Shown: piece after piece, positions 38,152-48,292 of the stretch
Position numbering within the stretch: position 1 is the stretch's first letter
How the letters are laid out: each line of letters starts with the position of its first letter
Assembly (NCBI GenBank): GCA_949541125.1
Contig: CATISV010000162.1
Span: forward strand, 1 to 49,965
Source: Flavobacterium sp. SCGC AAA160-P02
Lineage (GTDB): Bacteria > Bacteroidota > Bacteroidia > Flavobacteriales > Flavobacteriaceae
Length of the DNA stretch: 49,965 nt
Direction of reading: 5' to 3'
The notes under the pieces: model-generated
What the model saw: the letters and a program-made list of their open reading frames with translations, nothing else
Databases searched by the model: none
Told to the model about the DNA's origin: nothing
Program-made: the position numbers and the translations under genes

Positions 38152-38625
38152 TTTTTTTTTAACCCGCCTCTTTTTTAAAGAGTTTTTAGAGAACTTTATT
38201 TTTTCAAAGTTCTCTCTCTTGCTTTTTTCTTTAAGAGCTTCTTTTTTCTTTTTTACAGATTCGTTGATTACAGAGTCTTTAGTTTTTTTAATTCTTGAAA
38301 GGATAGCCTTTTCTTTTTCTAACAGATTCATTACTTGATTTAACATTGGCTCGTATTCATCAATCTCAGAGGTATAATAAAGACTACTTTTTCTAAAACG
38401 AAGACTGTCTATATTATATGTGTCATAAACCAATGATATGTAAGAGATTTTTTTTTGTTGATTTATGTTTTTAATGGCTTTTGCAGAAGTTGCAACATAT
38501 AAATCTTTTAAAAGTAAAATCATTGTATCTTTTGGGATAAGATCTTTAGGCTTCTCATAAATAGTATTGCTTGTACAAGAAAGCAGGAGCCAGGCCAATA
38601 CAAAAAAAACAATTAAGTATTTCAT
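38143..38625 (-). CDS. DUF4296 lipoprotein
   Basis: Lipobox LLS-C, KPKDLI..D.M..LL.D, IDS..F..S..YY. Confidence 0.85.
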   Translation of the reverse strand: MKYLIVFFVLAWLLLSCTSNTIYEKPKDLIPKDTMILLLKDLYVATSAKAIKNINQQKKISYISLVYDTYNIDSLRFRKSSLYYTSEIDEYEPMLNQVMNLLEKEKAILSRIKKTKDSVINESVKKKKEALKEKSKRENFEKIKFSKNSLKKRRVKKKST

Positions 38626-39959
38626 AATCTGTCAAAAGTAATTCTTTTTCCTTTTGTAGCAGTATTAAAAACTCCGTTATCAAAAACCAAAACCCCATTT
38701 ACAAAAGTTTGAGTAACGCTAGAAGAAAAACAGACCCCTTCAAAAGGAGACCAACCACATTTGTATAAAATATTTTCTTTACAAATAGTTTGAGGAGCAT
38801 TTAAGTCTACCAAAACAATGTCTGCAAAATAGCCTTCTCTAATAAATCCTCTTTTCTCTATTTGAAATATTTTAGCGGGATTATGACATGCTTTTTCAAC
38901 GAGTTTTTCTATAGGCAATACCCTCTCTTTTACTTTTTCCAACAAAGCTAATAGAGCGTGTTGAACCAGAGGGCCTCCACTGGGAGCTTTTAGATAAGAA
39001 TTAGACTTTTCTTTTAATGTATGTGGTGCGTGATCAGTAGCAATAACATCTAGTCGGTCATCCAACAAAGCCTCCCATAACGTGGCTCTATCCTTGTCTG
39101 TTTTTATTGCTGGATTCCATTTAATATGCGTACCTTTTTCTTTATAATCTTTATCGGTAAACCAAAGATGATGCACACAGACTTCAGAAGTAATTTGTTT
39201 TTCTTCTATAGGGATATCATTTCTAAACAAGCTGGTTTCCTTGGCTGTTGACAAATGAAAAACATGTAATCTTGCTCCTGTTTTCTTTGCCAAAGCAATG
39301 GCTTTAGAAGAAGACAAATAACAAGCCTGTTCACTTCGTATGATTGGATGTAATTCTATGGGGATATTCTCGCCATATTTTTTTTTGTAATAAGCAGTAT
39401 TTTTTTGTATGGTTTCTTCGTCCTCACAATGAACAGAAATAATTAACGTAGTTGAAGAAAATATTTTTTCTAAGACTTCAGAATCATTTACTAACATATT
39501 TCCCGTTGATGATCCTAAAAATAATTTAATCCCAGCAACATTTTTTGGATTGGTTTGTAAAAGCTCTTCTAAGTTATCGTTAGTGCCACCAAACATAAAA
39601 GAATAATTCGCAAGAGATGTTTTTTGAGCAATGTCAAATTTTTCTTGCAATAATTTTTGAGTAGTCGCTTGAGGGACTGTGTTTGGCATCTCGATAAAAG
39701 AGGTAATTCCACCAGCAATAGCAGCCTTGCTTTCACTAGCAATATCGGCTTTATATGTTAATCCAGGCTCTCTAAAATGAACTTGATCATCAATTAAACC
39801 AGGGAGTAAAAATTTTCCACGAGCATCAACAATAGAAGCATGATTTGCGATGATAGAGCGGCTAATTTTTTTAATAAAACCATTTTCTAAAAGCACATCA
39901 CCGATAAAGGAGACCCCTTCATTGACGATTGTAGCATTTTTTATGAGATAAGAAATCAT
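38622..39959 (-). CDS. pyrC: Dihydroorotase
   Basis: DDQVHFREPG, EMPNT, VHCED, KWNP, ATDHAPH, CGWSPFEG. Confidence 0.93.
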   Translation of the reverse strand: MISYLIKNATIVNEGVSFIGDVLLENGFIKKISRSIIANHASIVDARGKFLLPGLIDDQVHFREPGLTYKADIASESKAAIAGGITSFIEMPNTVPQATTQKLLQEKFDIAQKTSLANYSFMFGGTNDNLEELLQTNPKNVAGIKLFLGSSTGNMLVNDSEVLEKIFSSTTLIISVHCEDEETIQKNTAYYKKKYGENIPIELHPIIRSEQACYLSSSKAIALAKKTGARLHVFHLSTAKETSLFRNDIPIEEKQITSEVCVHHLWFTDKDYKEKGTHIKWNPAIKTDKDRATLWEALLDDRLDVIATDHAPHTLKEKSNSYLKAPSGGPLVQHALLALLEKVKERVLPIEKLVEKACHNPAKIFQIEKRGFIREGYFADIVLVDLNAPQTICKENILYKCGWSPFEGVCFSSSVTQTFVNGVLVFDNGVFNTATKGKRITFDRL

Positions 39960-40672
39960 CGCACTCCTTTTAATCGCATTTTTATGACACCAAATAAGGC
40001 TTCAAAAATAATTCCTTTGCTCATTTTAGATTTTCCTAAGGTTCTTTCGGTAAAAATAACAGAAACTTCTTTAATATTAAATTTATGTTTCCAAGCCTTA
40101 AATTTCATTTCTACTTGAAAAGCATAGCCAACAAATCTAATGGAATCAAGCTTTATGGTTTCTAAGACCTTTCTTTTGTAGCAAACAAAACCAGCAGTTG
40201 TATCATGTATTGGAATACCAGTAATAAATCGAACATATTTTGAAGCAAAAAAGGACAATAAAACACGTTTCATAGGCCAATTCACGACGTTGATTCCTTG
40301 AGAATATCTAGACCCAATAGAAACATCTGCCCCCTCTTTTTTACAAGCATTGTATAGCCTTACCAAATCTGATGGATTATGAGAAAAATCAGCATCCATT
40401 TCTATAATATAATCGTACTGTTTATTGATGGCCCATTCAAACCCATGAATATAAGCAGCCCCTAACCCATTTTTCTCCTTTCTTTTTTCAATAAAAAGAT
40501 TCTTAGGGTATTGTGTCATTAAACGGTCAACGATATTAGCAGTACCATCAGGAGAATTATCGTCAACAACTAAAATGTGAAACTCTTTTTTTTGTTTGAA
40601 AACAGCTTTTATTATAGCTTCTATGTTTTCTTTTTCGTTGTAGGTTGGAATAATTACTAAAGTATCGGACAT
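39956..40672 (-). CDS. Polyprenol monophosphomannose synthase (DPM1-like GT2)
   Basis: IPTYNE, VDDNSPDGT, MDADFSH, GYAFQVE; start moved to ATG 40672. Confidence 0.92.
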   Translation of the reverse strand: MSDTLVIIPTYNEKENIEAIIKAVFKQKKEFHILVVDDNSPDGTANIVDRLMTQYPKNLFIEKRKEKNGLGAAYIHGFEWAINKQYDYIIEMDADFSHNPSDLVRLYNACKKEGADVSIGSRYSQGINVVNWPMKRVLLSFFASKYVRFITGIPIHDTTAGFVCYKRKVLETIKLDSIRFVGYAFQVEMKFKAWKHKFNIKEVSVIFTERTLGKSKMSKGIIFEALFGVIKMRLKGVR

Positions 40673-40692
40673 AAAATGTGACGGAATATGCA

Positions 40693-40722
40693 CAAAGATA
40701 CATTATTTTATTACTAATTTTG
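40693..40722. promoter_or_regulatory. Divergent -7 promoter boxes
   Basis: TATCTTTG on minus (40693-40700), TAATTTTG on plus (40715-40722). Confidence 0.65.
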
Positions 40723-40750
40723 TGTTAATCTTAACGACTAAAAAGAAGCA

Positions 40751-41389
40751 ATGGAGGCTCTTCAGAGAGAAATTTTATCTTATAATTGGATTACGTTGAT
40801 TTTTGTGTTTTCATTGGTGTTGCTTTCTTTTCTAAAACTTTTTAAATCATCAAAATTTACAGGATATGTAATGTCTATTTTTAATAAGGGTTTTGTAGAA
40901 ATCGAAGCAGAAGAGAAAAATATTCGATTTTCTTTTTTTCATATAGGCTTTTCTTTTTTTACTTTTTTAATGCTATCTATTTCAATGTATTTTGTGATTT
41001 ATCAACAAGCCGAAAAAGAAGCTTTTTTGTTTCATTATCTGAAGTTTTCTAGCTACCTACTCTTATTTATGTTTACAAAATTTCTGTTGGAGCTTTTACT
41101 CATTGAGTTATTTGAAATAAAAGAAAAGCTTGCCCATTTTCTTTTCTCAAAAAGAAGCTATTCCTATTCAATATCTATCGGACTGTTCATTGTAAACCTA
41201 GTCTATTTTTATAGTTTTCAGAATCAATCTTTTTTGCTTATAGGAGGTATATCTCTTTTGTCAATTAGATTTTTGTTAATTGTGTTTTACAACAAAAACC
41301 TGATTATAAAAGAGTTATTTTATTTTATTTTGTACCTTTGCGCCTTCGAATTAGCACCGCTGTTCATTTTGTTTAAACTGATATTTTAA
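40751..41389 (+). CDS. DUF4271 membrane protein
   Basis: Multiple TM helices, C-terminal FYFILYLCAFELAP, upstream of hemD. Confidence 0.88.
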   Translation: MEALQREILSYNWITLIFVFSLVLLSFLKLFKSSKFTGYVMSIFNKGFVEIEAEEKNIRFSFFHIGFSFFTFLMLSISMYFVIYQQAEKEAFLFHYLKFSSYLLLFMFTKFLLELLLIELFEIKEKLAHFLFSKRSYSYSISIGLFIVNLVYFYSFQNQSFLLIGGISLLSIRFLLIVFYNKNLIIKELFYFILYLCAFELAPLFILFKLIF

Positions 41390-41408
41390 ATAAAAAAAGA
41401 AGTAGATT

Positions 41409-42155
41409 ATGAAAGTGAAAACAATATTGGTATCCCAACCAAAGCCAAAAACGGAAACATCCCCTTATTCGGAGTTGTCGGATAAACAGAAAGTAAAAAT
41501 TGATTTTCGGCCTTTTATTCATGTTGAAGGAGTTTCAACAAAAGAAGTAAGAACTCAAAAAATTGACTTATCAAAATTCACCGCGATTATACTTACAAGT
41601 AGAAATGCTGTAGATCATTTTTTTAGAATCGCAGAAGAAATGCGATTTAAAGTACCAGATACGATGAAATATTTTTGTCAATCAGAAGCAGTTGCATTTT
41701 ATTTACAAAAATATGTTGTGTATAGAAAACGTAAAATTTATGTAGGTAAAAGAACATTTCCAGAGTTAGGGAAATTAATTAAAAAGCATAAAGAAGAAAA
41801 ATTTTTATTACCATCCTCAGATAAATTAAAACCGTTAATCCCTAATGAATTAGAAGTATTGGGAGTTCGATGGAAAAGAGCCATTTTATATAAGACGGTT
41901 GTAAGTGACTTGTCTGATTTAGAAGATGTTTTTTACGATATTTTGGTGTTTTTTAGCCCCTCTGGAATAGATTCTTTATTTAAAAACTTTCCAGAATTTA
42001 AGCAAAATAATACTAGGATTGCGGTATTTGGAAACTCTACAGTTAAGGCAGCTACATCTGCAGGTTTAAAATGTAATATTACTGCACCAACACCAGAAAC
42101 ACCCTCTATGACAATGGCTCTTGAAAAGTATATCAAAGGAGTAAATAAAAGGTAA
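41409..42155 (+). CDS. hemD: Uroporphyrinogen-III synthase
   Basis: MKVKTILVSQP.P, LTSRNAVD, FFSPSG, P.PE.PSM (Bacteroidota type). Confidence 0.9.
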   Translation: MKVKTILVSQPKPKTETSPYSELSDKQKVKIDFRPFIHVEGVSTKEVRTQKIDLSKFTAIILTSRNAVDHFFRIAEEMRFKVPDTMKYFCQSEAVAFYLQKYVVYRKRKIYVGKRTFPELGKLIKKHKEEKFLLPSSDKLKPLIPNELEVLGVRWKRAILYKTVVSDLSDLEDVFYDILVFFSPSGIDSLFKNFPEFKQNNTRIAVFGNSTVKAATSAGLKCNITAPTPETPSMTMALEKYIKGVNKR

Positions 42156-42165
42156 AGCCGCTTAT

Positions 42166-43524
42166 TTATGCAAATAAAGTAGCAAATACTTCCTCTACTT
42201 TTCCAACACGAATTAATTTTATCCCTTTTTCTTCAAAAGTAATTTTGTTGTATTTGGAAGTAACAAATGTCTTATAACCTAGTTTTTTAGCTTCTAAAAT
42301 TCGCTGATCTATCTTGGATACAGGCCTAATTTCTCCAGCCAATCCAATTTCTGCGGCAAAACAAACACTTGGTGAAATAGCAAGATCTTGATTGGAAGAT
42401 AAAATAGAAGCTACGACAGCAAGATCTATAGCTGGGTCATCAATACTAATTCCTCCGGTAATATTTAAAAATACATCCTTTGTGGCTAATTTAAAACCTG
42501 CTCTTTTTTCTAAAACAGCCAAGACCATATGTAAGCGTTTTAAACTATATCCTGTTGTTGTTCTTTGCGGAGTTGCATAAACTGCAGTACTTACAAGAGC
42601 TTGAATTTCAATCATTAATGGCCTAAATCCCTCAAGAGTAGAGGCAATAGCAGTACCGCTTAGATCAGTATCTTTTTTTGAAATTAAAATTTCTGATGGA
42701 TTTGAAACTTCTCTTAAACCTGTTGAAAGCATTTCATAAATACCTAATTCTGCCGTAGAGCCAAATCGGTTTTTTTGAGAACGCAATATTCTATATGTAT
42801 GATTTCTATCCCCTTCAAACTGTAAAACAACATCAACCATATGCTCTAAAATTTTTGGCCCAGCAATTTGTCCTTCTTTATTTATATGCCCTATTAGAAC
42901 AACAGGGGTTTCTGTTTCCTTTGCAAATGCTATCAATTCAGCTGTTGTTTCTCTAATTTGTGAAATGCTTCCGGAAGAAGCTTCAATAGAATTAGTATGA
43001 AGGGTTTGTATAGAATCAATGACTAAAACTTCTGGGGATAATTGCTCAATATTTTTAAATATTTGTTGTGTATTTGTTTCTGTAAGAATAAGACAACTAG
43101 ATTGTTGGCTTTGAATTCTTTCTGCTCTCATTTTTATTTGGGATTGGCTTTCTTCTCCAGACACATATAATACTTTGTGGGTAATTGCCAAAGCCACTTG
43201 AAGGAGCAATGTTGATTTTCCAATACCGGGCTCTCCGCCAAGTAATGTAACAGACCCTTTGACTAATCCACCACCTAAAACAGCATCTAACTCTTTGTTT
43301 TTTGTTGGAATTCTTTCTTCTGCATTTAATTGAATTTCTTTAATTTTTAAAGGTTTTGAAATGCTTTTTATACGATTAGACTGTTTCCAATCTCTAACAC
43401 TTTCTTTAGACACAACCTCTTCAGCAATAGTATTCCATTCATTACAAGTACTACATTGCCCCATCCATTTTGCATGTTGAGCTCCACAATGTTGACAAAA
43501 AAAAGTACTTTTAACTTTCGCCAT
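42166..43524 (-). CDS. radA: DNA repair protein RadA/Sms
   Basis: C4 zinc finger, GEPGIGKS, KNRFG, Lon-like C-terminus. Confidence 0.98.
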   Translation of the reverse strand: MAKVKSTFFCQHCGAQHAKWMGQCSTCNEWNTIAEEVVSKESVRDWKQSNRIKSISKPLKIKEIQLNAEERIPTKNKELDAVLGGGLVKGSVTLLGGEPGIGKSTLLLQVALAITHKVLYVSGEESQSQIKMRAERIQSQQSSCLILTETNTQQIFKNIEQLSPEVLVIDSIQTLHTNSIEASSGSISQIRETTAELIAFAKETETPVVLIGHINKEGQIAGPKILEHMVDVVLQFEGDRNHTYRILRSQKNRFGSTAELGIYEMLSTGLREVSNPSEILISKKDTDLSGTAIASTLEGFRPLMIEIQALVSTAVYATPQRTTTGYSLKRLHMVLAVLEKRAGFKLATKDVFLNITGGISIDDPAIDLAVVASILSSNQDLAISPSVCFAAEIGLAGEIRPVSKIDQRILEAKKLGYKTFVTSKYNKITFEEKGIKLIRVGKVEEVFATLFA

Positions 43525-43556
43525 TATTTAATAAAGTTTACACAAAGAAAAGGAAA

Positions 43557-44507
43557 TTACTTTTCTTTATTGAGGATTGGTAAAACTAAAAAAGAGAGTC
43601 CTCCAAAAACAATAACCATCACTGTTTGTGCAGCCCACATTACGCTTCCAAAAGCAGTAGACGGCTCTTCAGGTACATTAAATAAGGTAAAGGCTCCAGC
43701 AACCGCTAATGGATACAAACCAATCCCTCCATTTGTTGCAGCGATGCTTAAAGCTCCGGCAATAAATCCAACTAAAACACCTCCAAAAGGAACGGATAGC
43801 CCCTCAATTGCCGGTATTGTTGCCCAAAACATAAGAATATACATTGCCCAAATAAATACAGTGTGAAAAATGAAAGCCCATTTGTCTTTCATTCTAAAAA
43901 TACTAGTAATTCCCTCAACTAAACTTTTAAGAAACTTTTTAATTTTTCCACCAAACCCACTCTTTGATTTTTTAACATACCTAAAAAATAATAAGCTACC
44001 AATAAATGCTATTAAGGCAGTTAGAGAAAGCTTGATGGGATCGAAATTTTCTTTTAGAAGCTGATATATAAATTCGAACTGAATCAATAGTGTTACTCCA
44101 ATGACAAGAAACATCATTACTAAATCTGCAACTCTTTCTGCTATGATGGTTCCAAATCCTTTTTCAAAAGGAATACCTTCATAATTAGCCATGACTGTTG
44201 CTCTAGAGACTTCCCCAGCTCTTGGAATGGCTAAGTTGACAAAATACCCAATTAAAACTGCCAAAAAACTGTTGGTAAATCTAGGAGCATACCCCATAGG
44301 TTCAAGTAGAAATTTCCAACGATATGCTCTAGATAAGTGACTAAGGATGCCAAAAAATAAACCAAGAGCAATCCACCAATAATTCGCCTTTTTAAAATAC
44401 TCTAATAGTGTTTTAGGCGGAATTATGGTAAATAAATACCAAACCAATCCTCCTCCAAAGATCAGAGGTAAAATTAGAGATAAACTTTTTTTTATTTTCG
44501 AATTCAA
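43557..44507 (-). CDS. Lysylphosphatidylglycerol synthase TM domain (UPF0104) protein
   Basis: RAYRW, N..IPRAGE, ER..D, GGIG motifs; multipass. Confidence 0.88.
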   Translation of the reverse strand: MNSKIKKSLSLILPLIFGGGLVWYLFTIIPPKTLLEYFKKANYWWIALGLFFGILSHLSRAYRWKFLLEPMGYAPRFTNSFLAVLIGYFVNLAIPRAGEVSRATVMANYEGIPFEKGFGTIIAERVADLVMMFLVIGVTLLIQFEFIYQLLKENFDPIKLSLTALIAFIGSLLFFRYVKKSKSGFGGKIKKFLKSLVEGITSIFRMKDKWAFIFHTVFIWAMYILMFWATIPAIEGLSVPFGGVLVGFIAGALSIAATNGGIGLYPLAVAGAFTLFNVPEEPSTAFGSVMWAAQTVMVIVFGGLSFLVLPILNKEK

Positions 44508-44510
44508 AAC

Positions 44511-44861
44511 TTAAGAGAGCATGTTAGTGATTTCATTAGGAAATATAAGAGCAGGCTTAAAAGTTTTAGCTTCTTTTAAATCCATTAAAGCATAGGTGAT
44601 TAATATCAATATATCTCCGATTGCCACTTTTCTTGCAGCGGCACCATTTAGGGTTATTTCACCACTTTTTCTTGGACCAGGAATAACATAGGTTTCTAAA
44701 CGTTCTCCATTGTTATTATTGACAACCTGAATACGCTCTCCTTCAATAATATTTGCAGCATTCATAAGGTCCTCATCAATAGTAATGCTTCCTATGTAAT
44801 TTATATCAGCACCGGTTACTTTAACGCGATGGATTTTAGATTTTACAACTTGAACTAACAT
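44511..44861 (-). CDS. panD: Aspartate 1-decarboxylase
   Basis: KSKIHR, Y.G-SITID cleavage site, RLETY, LNGAAAR. Confidence 0.98.
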   Translation of the reverse strand: MLVQVVKSKIHRVKVTGADINYIGSITIDEDLMNAANIIEGERIQVVNNNNGERLETYVIPGPRKSGEITLNGAAARKVAIGDILILITYALMDLKEAKTFKPALIFPNEITNMLS

Positions 44862-44913
44862 GTGACAAAAATACTACTTTTTAAAAGTTAAAAGGGAATA
44901 ATTAGTGAAGAAG

Positions 44914-45762
44914 TTAGTGCTTTATTGAAATATTATCAATCAGTCGAATATTCTTTATAGTAACAGCAATAAAAGCTCTCTGTGGCTTATTTTGAGAAAT
45001 TATTGATACACTTTTTAATGTTTTTTCTTCAGCAATTATAAAGTACTGCAAATCAAAAAGAGGATGATTTTTAAATTGATTGGAAACCCATTCTTTTATT
45101 TCTTCTATGGATTGTGATTTCGTTTTTTTGACGACGTCGTTCAGAATTTCATATATGATTGATGCCTGTTGTTTTTCTTCTTTAGTCAAGAGCTTATTTC
45201 TTGAGCTCATGGCTAAGCCATTTTCCTCTCTCAAAGTAGGGCACCCAACAACAGTAACGGGAAAATGATTTTTTTCTACCATTTTACGAATGATTTGTAG
45301 TTGTTGAAAATCTTTCTCCCCAAAATATGCATTGGTTGGCATCACAATTTCAAACAATTTTTTTACGATAGTTCCAACTCCGTTAAAATGACCTTTTCTA
45401 TGGCTTCCCTCCATGTTGTTTTCTAATCCATCAAAATCAAAAGAGTTGGCCACAATGGACTTATTATATAGTTCGCTTATAGAGGGAGTGAAAACAATAT
45501 CACAGGCTATATTTTTTAATAAAATTAAATCATTTTCAAGAGTTCTGGGATAGTTTTCTAAGTCTCCCTTCTTGTCGAACTGGGTTGGATTTATAAAAAT
45601 ACTAGCAATAGTTATATCATTATTTTTTTTAGATTCCTCTATTAAAGAGAGATGGCCTTTGTGAAGAGCCCCCATAGTAGGGACAAAGCCAATAGATGAT
45701 TTTACAGAACTAATTTTTTTTAATGAGATTTTAAGTTCTCTCACTGTTTTAAAAACTTTCAT
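44914..45762 (-). CDS. panC: Pantoate--beta-alanine ligase
   Basis: PTMGALH.GH, FGEKDFQQ, GLAMSSRN, RLIDN. Confidence 0.98.
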   Translation of the reverse strand: MKVFKTVRELKISLKKISSVKSSIGFVPTMGALHKGHLSLIEESKKNNDITIASIFINPTQFDKKGDLENYPRTLENDLILLKNIACDIVFTPSISELYNKSIVANSFDFDGLENNMEGSHRKGHFNGVGTIVKKLFEIVMPTNAYFGEKDFQQLQIIRKMVEKNHFPVTVVGCPTLREENGLAMSSRNKLLTKEEKQQASIIYEILNDVVKKTKSQSIEEIKEWVSNQFKNHPLFDLQYFIIAEEKTLKSVSIISQNKPQRAFIAVTIKNIRLIDNISIKH

Positions 45763-45787
45763 AATTTGTCATGCCTAAATAATAAAG

Positions 45788-45835
45788 CAAACTTAGTATT
45801 TTAACATGAAATTTGTATAAAAATTCGTACTTTTG
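45788..45835. promoter_or_regulatory. Divergent -7 promoter boxes
   Basis: TAAGTTTG on minus (45788-45795), TACTTTTG on plus (45828-45835). Confidence 0.65.
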
Positions 45836-45861
45836 CAGACTTATATAAAGGTTTGGATTTA

Positions 45862-46671
45862 ATGAAAGATAAGAGAATATTGTATGTTTCTTCAGAGGTT
45901 GTTCCTTATTTGCCAGAGACAGAAATCGCATCTACAGCATTTAATGTAGCAAAGAAAGCACATTCCAAAGGTGTACAAACAAGAATATTTATGCCTCGCT
46001 TTGGGGTGATTAATGAGAGAAGACATCAGCTACACGAAGTAATTCGTTTGTCAGGAATGAATTTGATCATCAACGATATGGATATGCCTTTGATCATTAA
46101 GGTTGCCTCTATTCCTAAAGAAAGAATGCAAGTTTATTTTATTGACAATGATGAGTATTTTAAAAGAAAAGCAATTTTTTCTGATGAAGATAATCAACTA
46201 TTTCCTGATAACGATGAAAGAGCAATATTCTTTGCTAAAGGGGTCGTTGAGACGGTTAAAAAACTTAACTGGGCTCCAGATATTATTCATGTTCATGGTT
46301 GGATGGCGTCTTTATTGCCTCTTTATTTGAATGAATATTATAGCGAAGAACCTTTGTTTTCAGAAAGTAAAATTATAACCTCTGTATATAGCAAAGATTT
46401 TGAAGGGTCATTAAATACAAAACTTGCTGAAAAAATGAAGTTCGATAAAATCCCTGATGATAAAATTAGTATTTTAAAAGAACCAAACTATACAAATATT
46501 ATAAAAAGTGCAGTGTCAAATTCCGATGCAATTGTTCAAGGAAGTAAAGAAATTCCACAAGAAATTGCTGAAGAAATTAATAATAAAGAGATTCCTACAT
46601 TACCATTTCAAGAAGAAGATTCTTTTGAAGAATACTTAAATTTTTATAGACAATTTATACCTGAACAGTAA
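45862..46671 (+). CDS. Glycogen/starch synthase N-terminal-domain-only protein (GT5-like)
   Basis: E..PY, FMPRFG.INERR.QLHEVIRLSG, DNDER..FF, PDIIH; 269 aa; start moved to ATG 45862. Confidence 0.88.
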   Translation: MKDKRILYVSSEVVPYLPETEIASTAFNVAKKAHSKGVQTRIFMPRFGVINERRHQLHEVIRLSGMNLIINDMDMPLIIKVASIPKERMQVYFIDNDEYFKRKAIFSDEDNQLFPDNDERAIFFAKGVVETVKKLNWAPDIIHVHGWMASLLPLYLNEYYSEEPLFSESKIITSVYSKDFEGSLNTKLAEKMKFDKIPDDKISILKEPNYTNIIKSAVSNSDAIVQGSKEIPQEIAEEINNKEIPTLPFQEEDSFEEYLNFYRQFIPEQ

Positions 46672-46683
46672 TTGAGCAAAGTT

Positions 46684-48273
46684 ATGTTAAGAAAATATTT
46701 TAAAATAACCTTGTATATTTTAATTACAACGTTTTTTATGGGATTTGTTATTTCTTGTGAAGAAGATTTTACAGACATAGGAACCTCAATAGTTAGCAAT
46801 GGAGAATTTACAACAAAAGACACTGTTTTTGAAATTGAAGTTACCGGTAAAAATATTGAAAAAGTTCAAGCAGATGGTTTAGCTATTGGTGGTTTGTTAG
46901 GACAATATTTATTAGGTGTTTACAACAATAATAACTACCAAAAGATAGAAGCATCTATTATTTCTCAGCTGAGAATACCAGGTAATTTAACTCAAGTAGA
47001 CCAAGAATATGGTACTGATACGGTTGTTCAAACAACAATCGATACAGTTTTATTAAGAATTCCTTACAATGCCACACTATTAAGCAGTATCAATGGACAG
47101 GCAGACTATGACTTAGATTCAATCATTGGAGATCAATCGCAACCATTTATCTTAAATGTATATCAATTAACTACTTATTTAAGTAATTTAAATCCAACAA
47201 CACCCTCAATTTTAAATAAGTTTTTTTCTGACCAAGACTATGAAGTCTCTTCAGAAAAACTAAACTTTTTTGAGGATACAGAATTTTTCCCTAATAGAGC
47301 GGACACTTCTCAGATAGTCGAAAGAAGGTTAAGTTCTGGAGAACTATATGATAAGGATACGATAAAGTATATAAATTCAAACCCTTATGTAAGTATTCCT
47401 TTAAAAAAAGCCCTAATTAAAGAACTTCTTTTTGATCAATACGACACCCCTAATTTTGCCTCACAAGATGCATTTAATGATTACTTTAGAGGGATTAAAA
47501 TACAAGCAGAAGGAAACAACGGTTCCTTGATTTCTTTTAGTTTTAACAGGCCTAGTTTACAACCCTTAATTGACATCTATTATACCAATACGGTATCCTA
47601 TGAAACTATTGTTATTGACTCCATCAAAAAGACCCATACTTTTTCGCTTTCAGGAATAACAAACAGCGTTTATAAAATGACACCAGGTCAATCACCATCT
47701 TTTGACAATGTTCCAATCCAGGGTACAGCAGGAACAAAGGCTCAATTAAAAATTTTTGGAGACGATGACGATTTGAATGGAATCCCCGATCAATTAGAAG
47801 AGCTAAGAACAAAAAACTGGCTTATAAACGATGCAACTCTAACATTGTATATAGATCAGAATATTGTTGGATCTGACACACTAGAAATTCCGTTTAGGTT
47901 ATTTATTTTCAAAGACAAACTAATAGAAGGAACGAATCAAGAAACCCCTCGTCAAATTATTGATTATATCTCTGAAGGATTTAATGAAGTGGGAGGACGC
48001 TTAGAATTAGACGGTTCAAGAAACCCAAATATGTATACATTCAAAATTACGGATTACATTTCAGAACTATTTTCTGGAAATACAAACGATATTCCTATGT
48101 TAGGTGTAAGAGCATTTAATCCAACAGATTTGCCGATTTCTGCTGCAGATACCATTGTTAGAGATTATAATTGGAATTCAAAAGCAGTAATGTTACTAAA
48201 TAACAATACCTTGGAAGAGTCTAGAAAACCTAAATTAAAAATATCATATACACTCAAAACGGAAGATAATTAA
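46684..48273 (+). CDS. DUF4270 family lipoprotein
   Basis: Lipobox VIS-C-EEDF.DIG, F.DYFRGI, synteny between GT5-like gene and glmS; ATG 46684 preferred over TTG 46672. Confidence 0.85.
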   Translation: MLRKYFKITLYILITTFFMGFVISCEEDFTDIGTSIVSNGEFTTKDTVFEIEVTGKNIEKVQADGLAIGGLLGQYLLGVYNNNNYQKIEASIISQLRIPGNLTQVDQEYGTDTVVQTTIDTVLLRIPYNATLLSSINGQADYDLDSIIGDQSQPFILNVYQLTTYLSNLNPTTPSILNKFFSDQDYEVSSEKLNFFEDTEFFPNRADTSQIVERRLSSGELYDKDTIKYINSNPYVSIPLKKALIKELLFDQYDTPNFASQDAFNDYFRGIKIQAEGNNGSLISFSFNRPSLQPLIDIYYTNTVSYETIVIDSIKKTHTFSLSGITNSVYKMTPGQSPSFDNVPIQGTAGTKAQLKIFGDDDDLNGIPDQLEELRTKNWLINDATLTLYIDQNIVGSDTLEIPFRLFIFKDKLIEGTNQETPRQIIDYISEGFNEVGGRLELDGSRNPNMYTFKITDYISELFSGNTNDIPMLGVRAFNPTDLPISAADTIVRDYNWNSKAVMLLNNNTLEESRKPKLKISYTLKTEDN

Positions 48274-48292
48274 ATCTCTCAATTAATTTTTT

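Noticed and set aside
48274-48292. glmS ribozyme
   Set aside because: Only 19 nt of intergenic space
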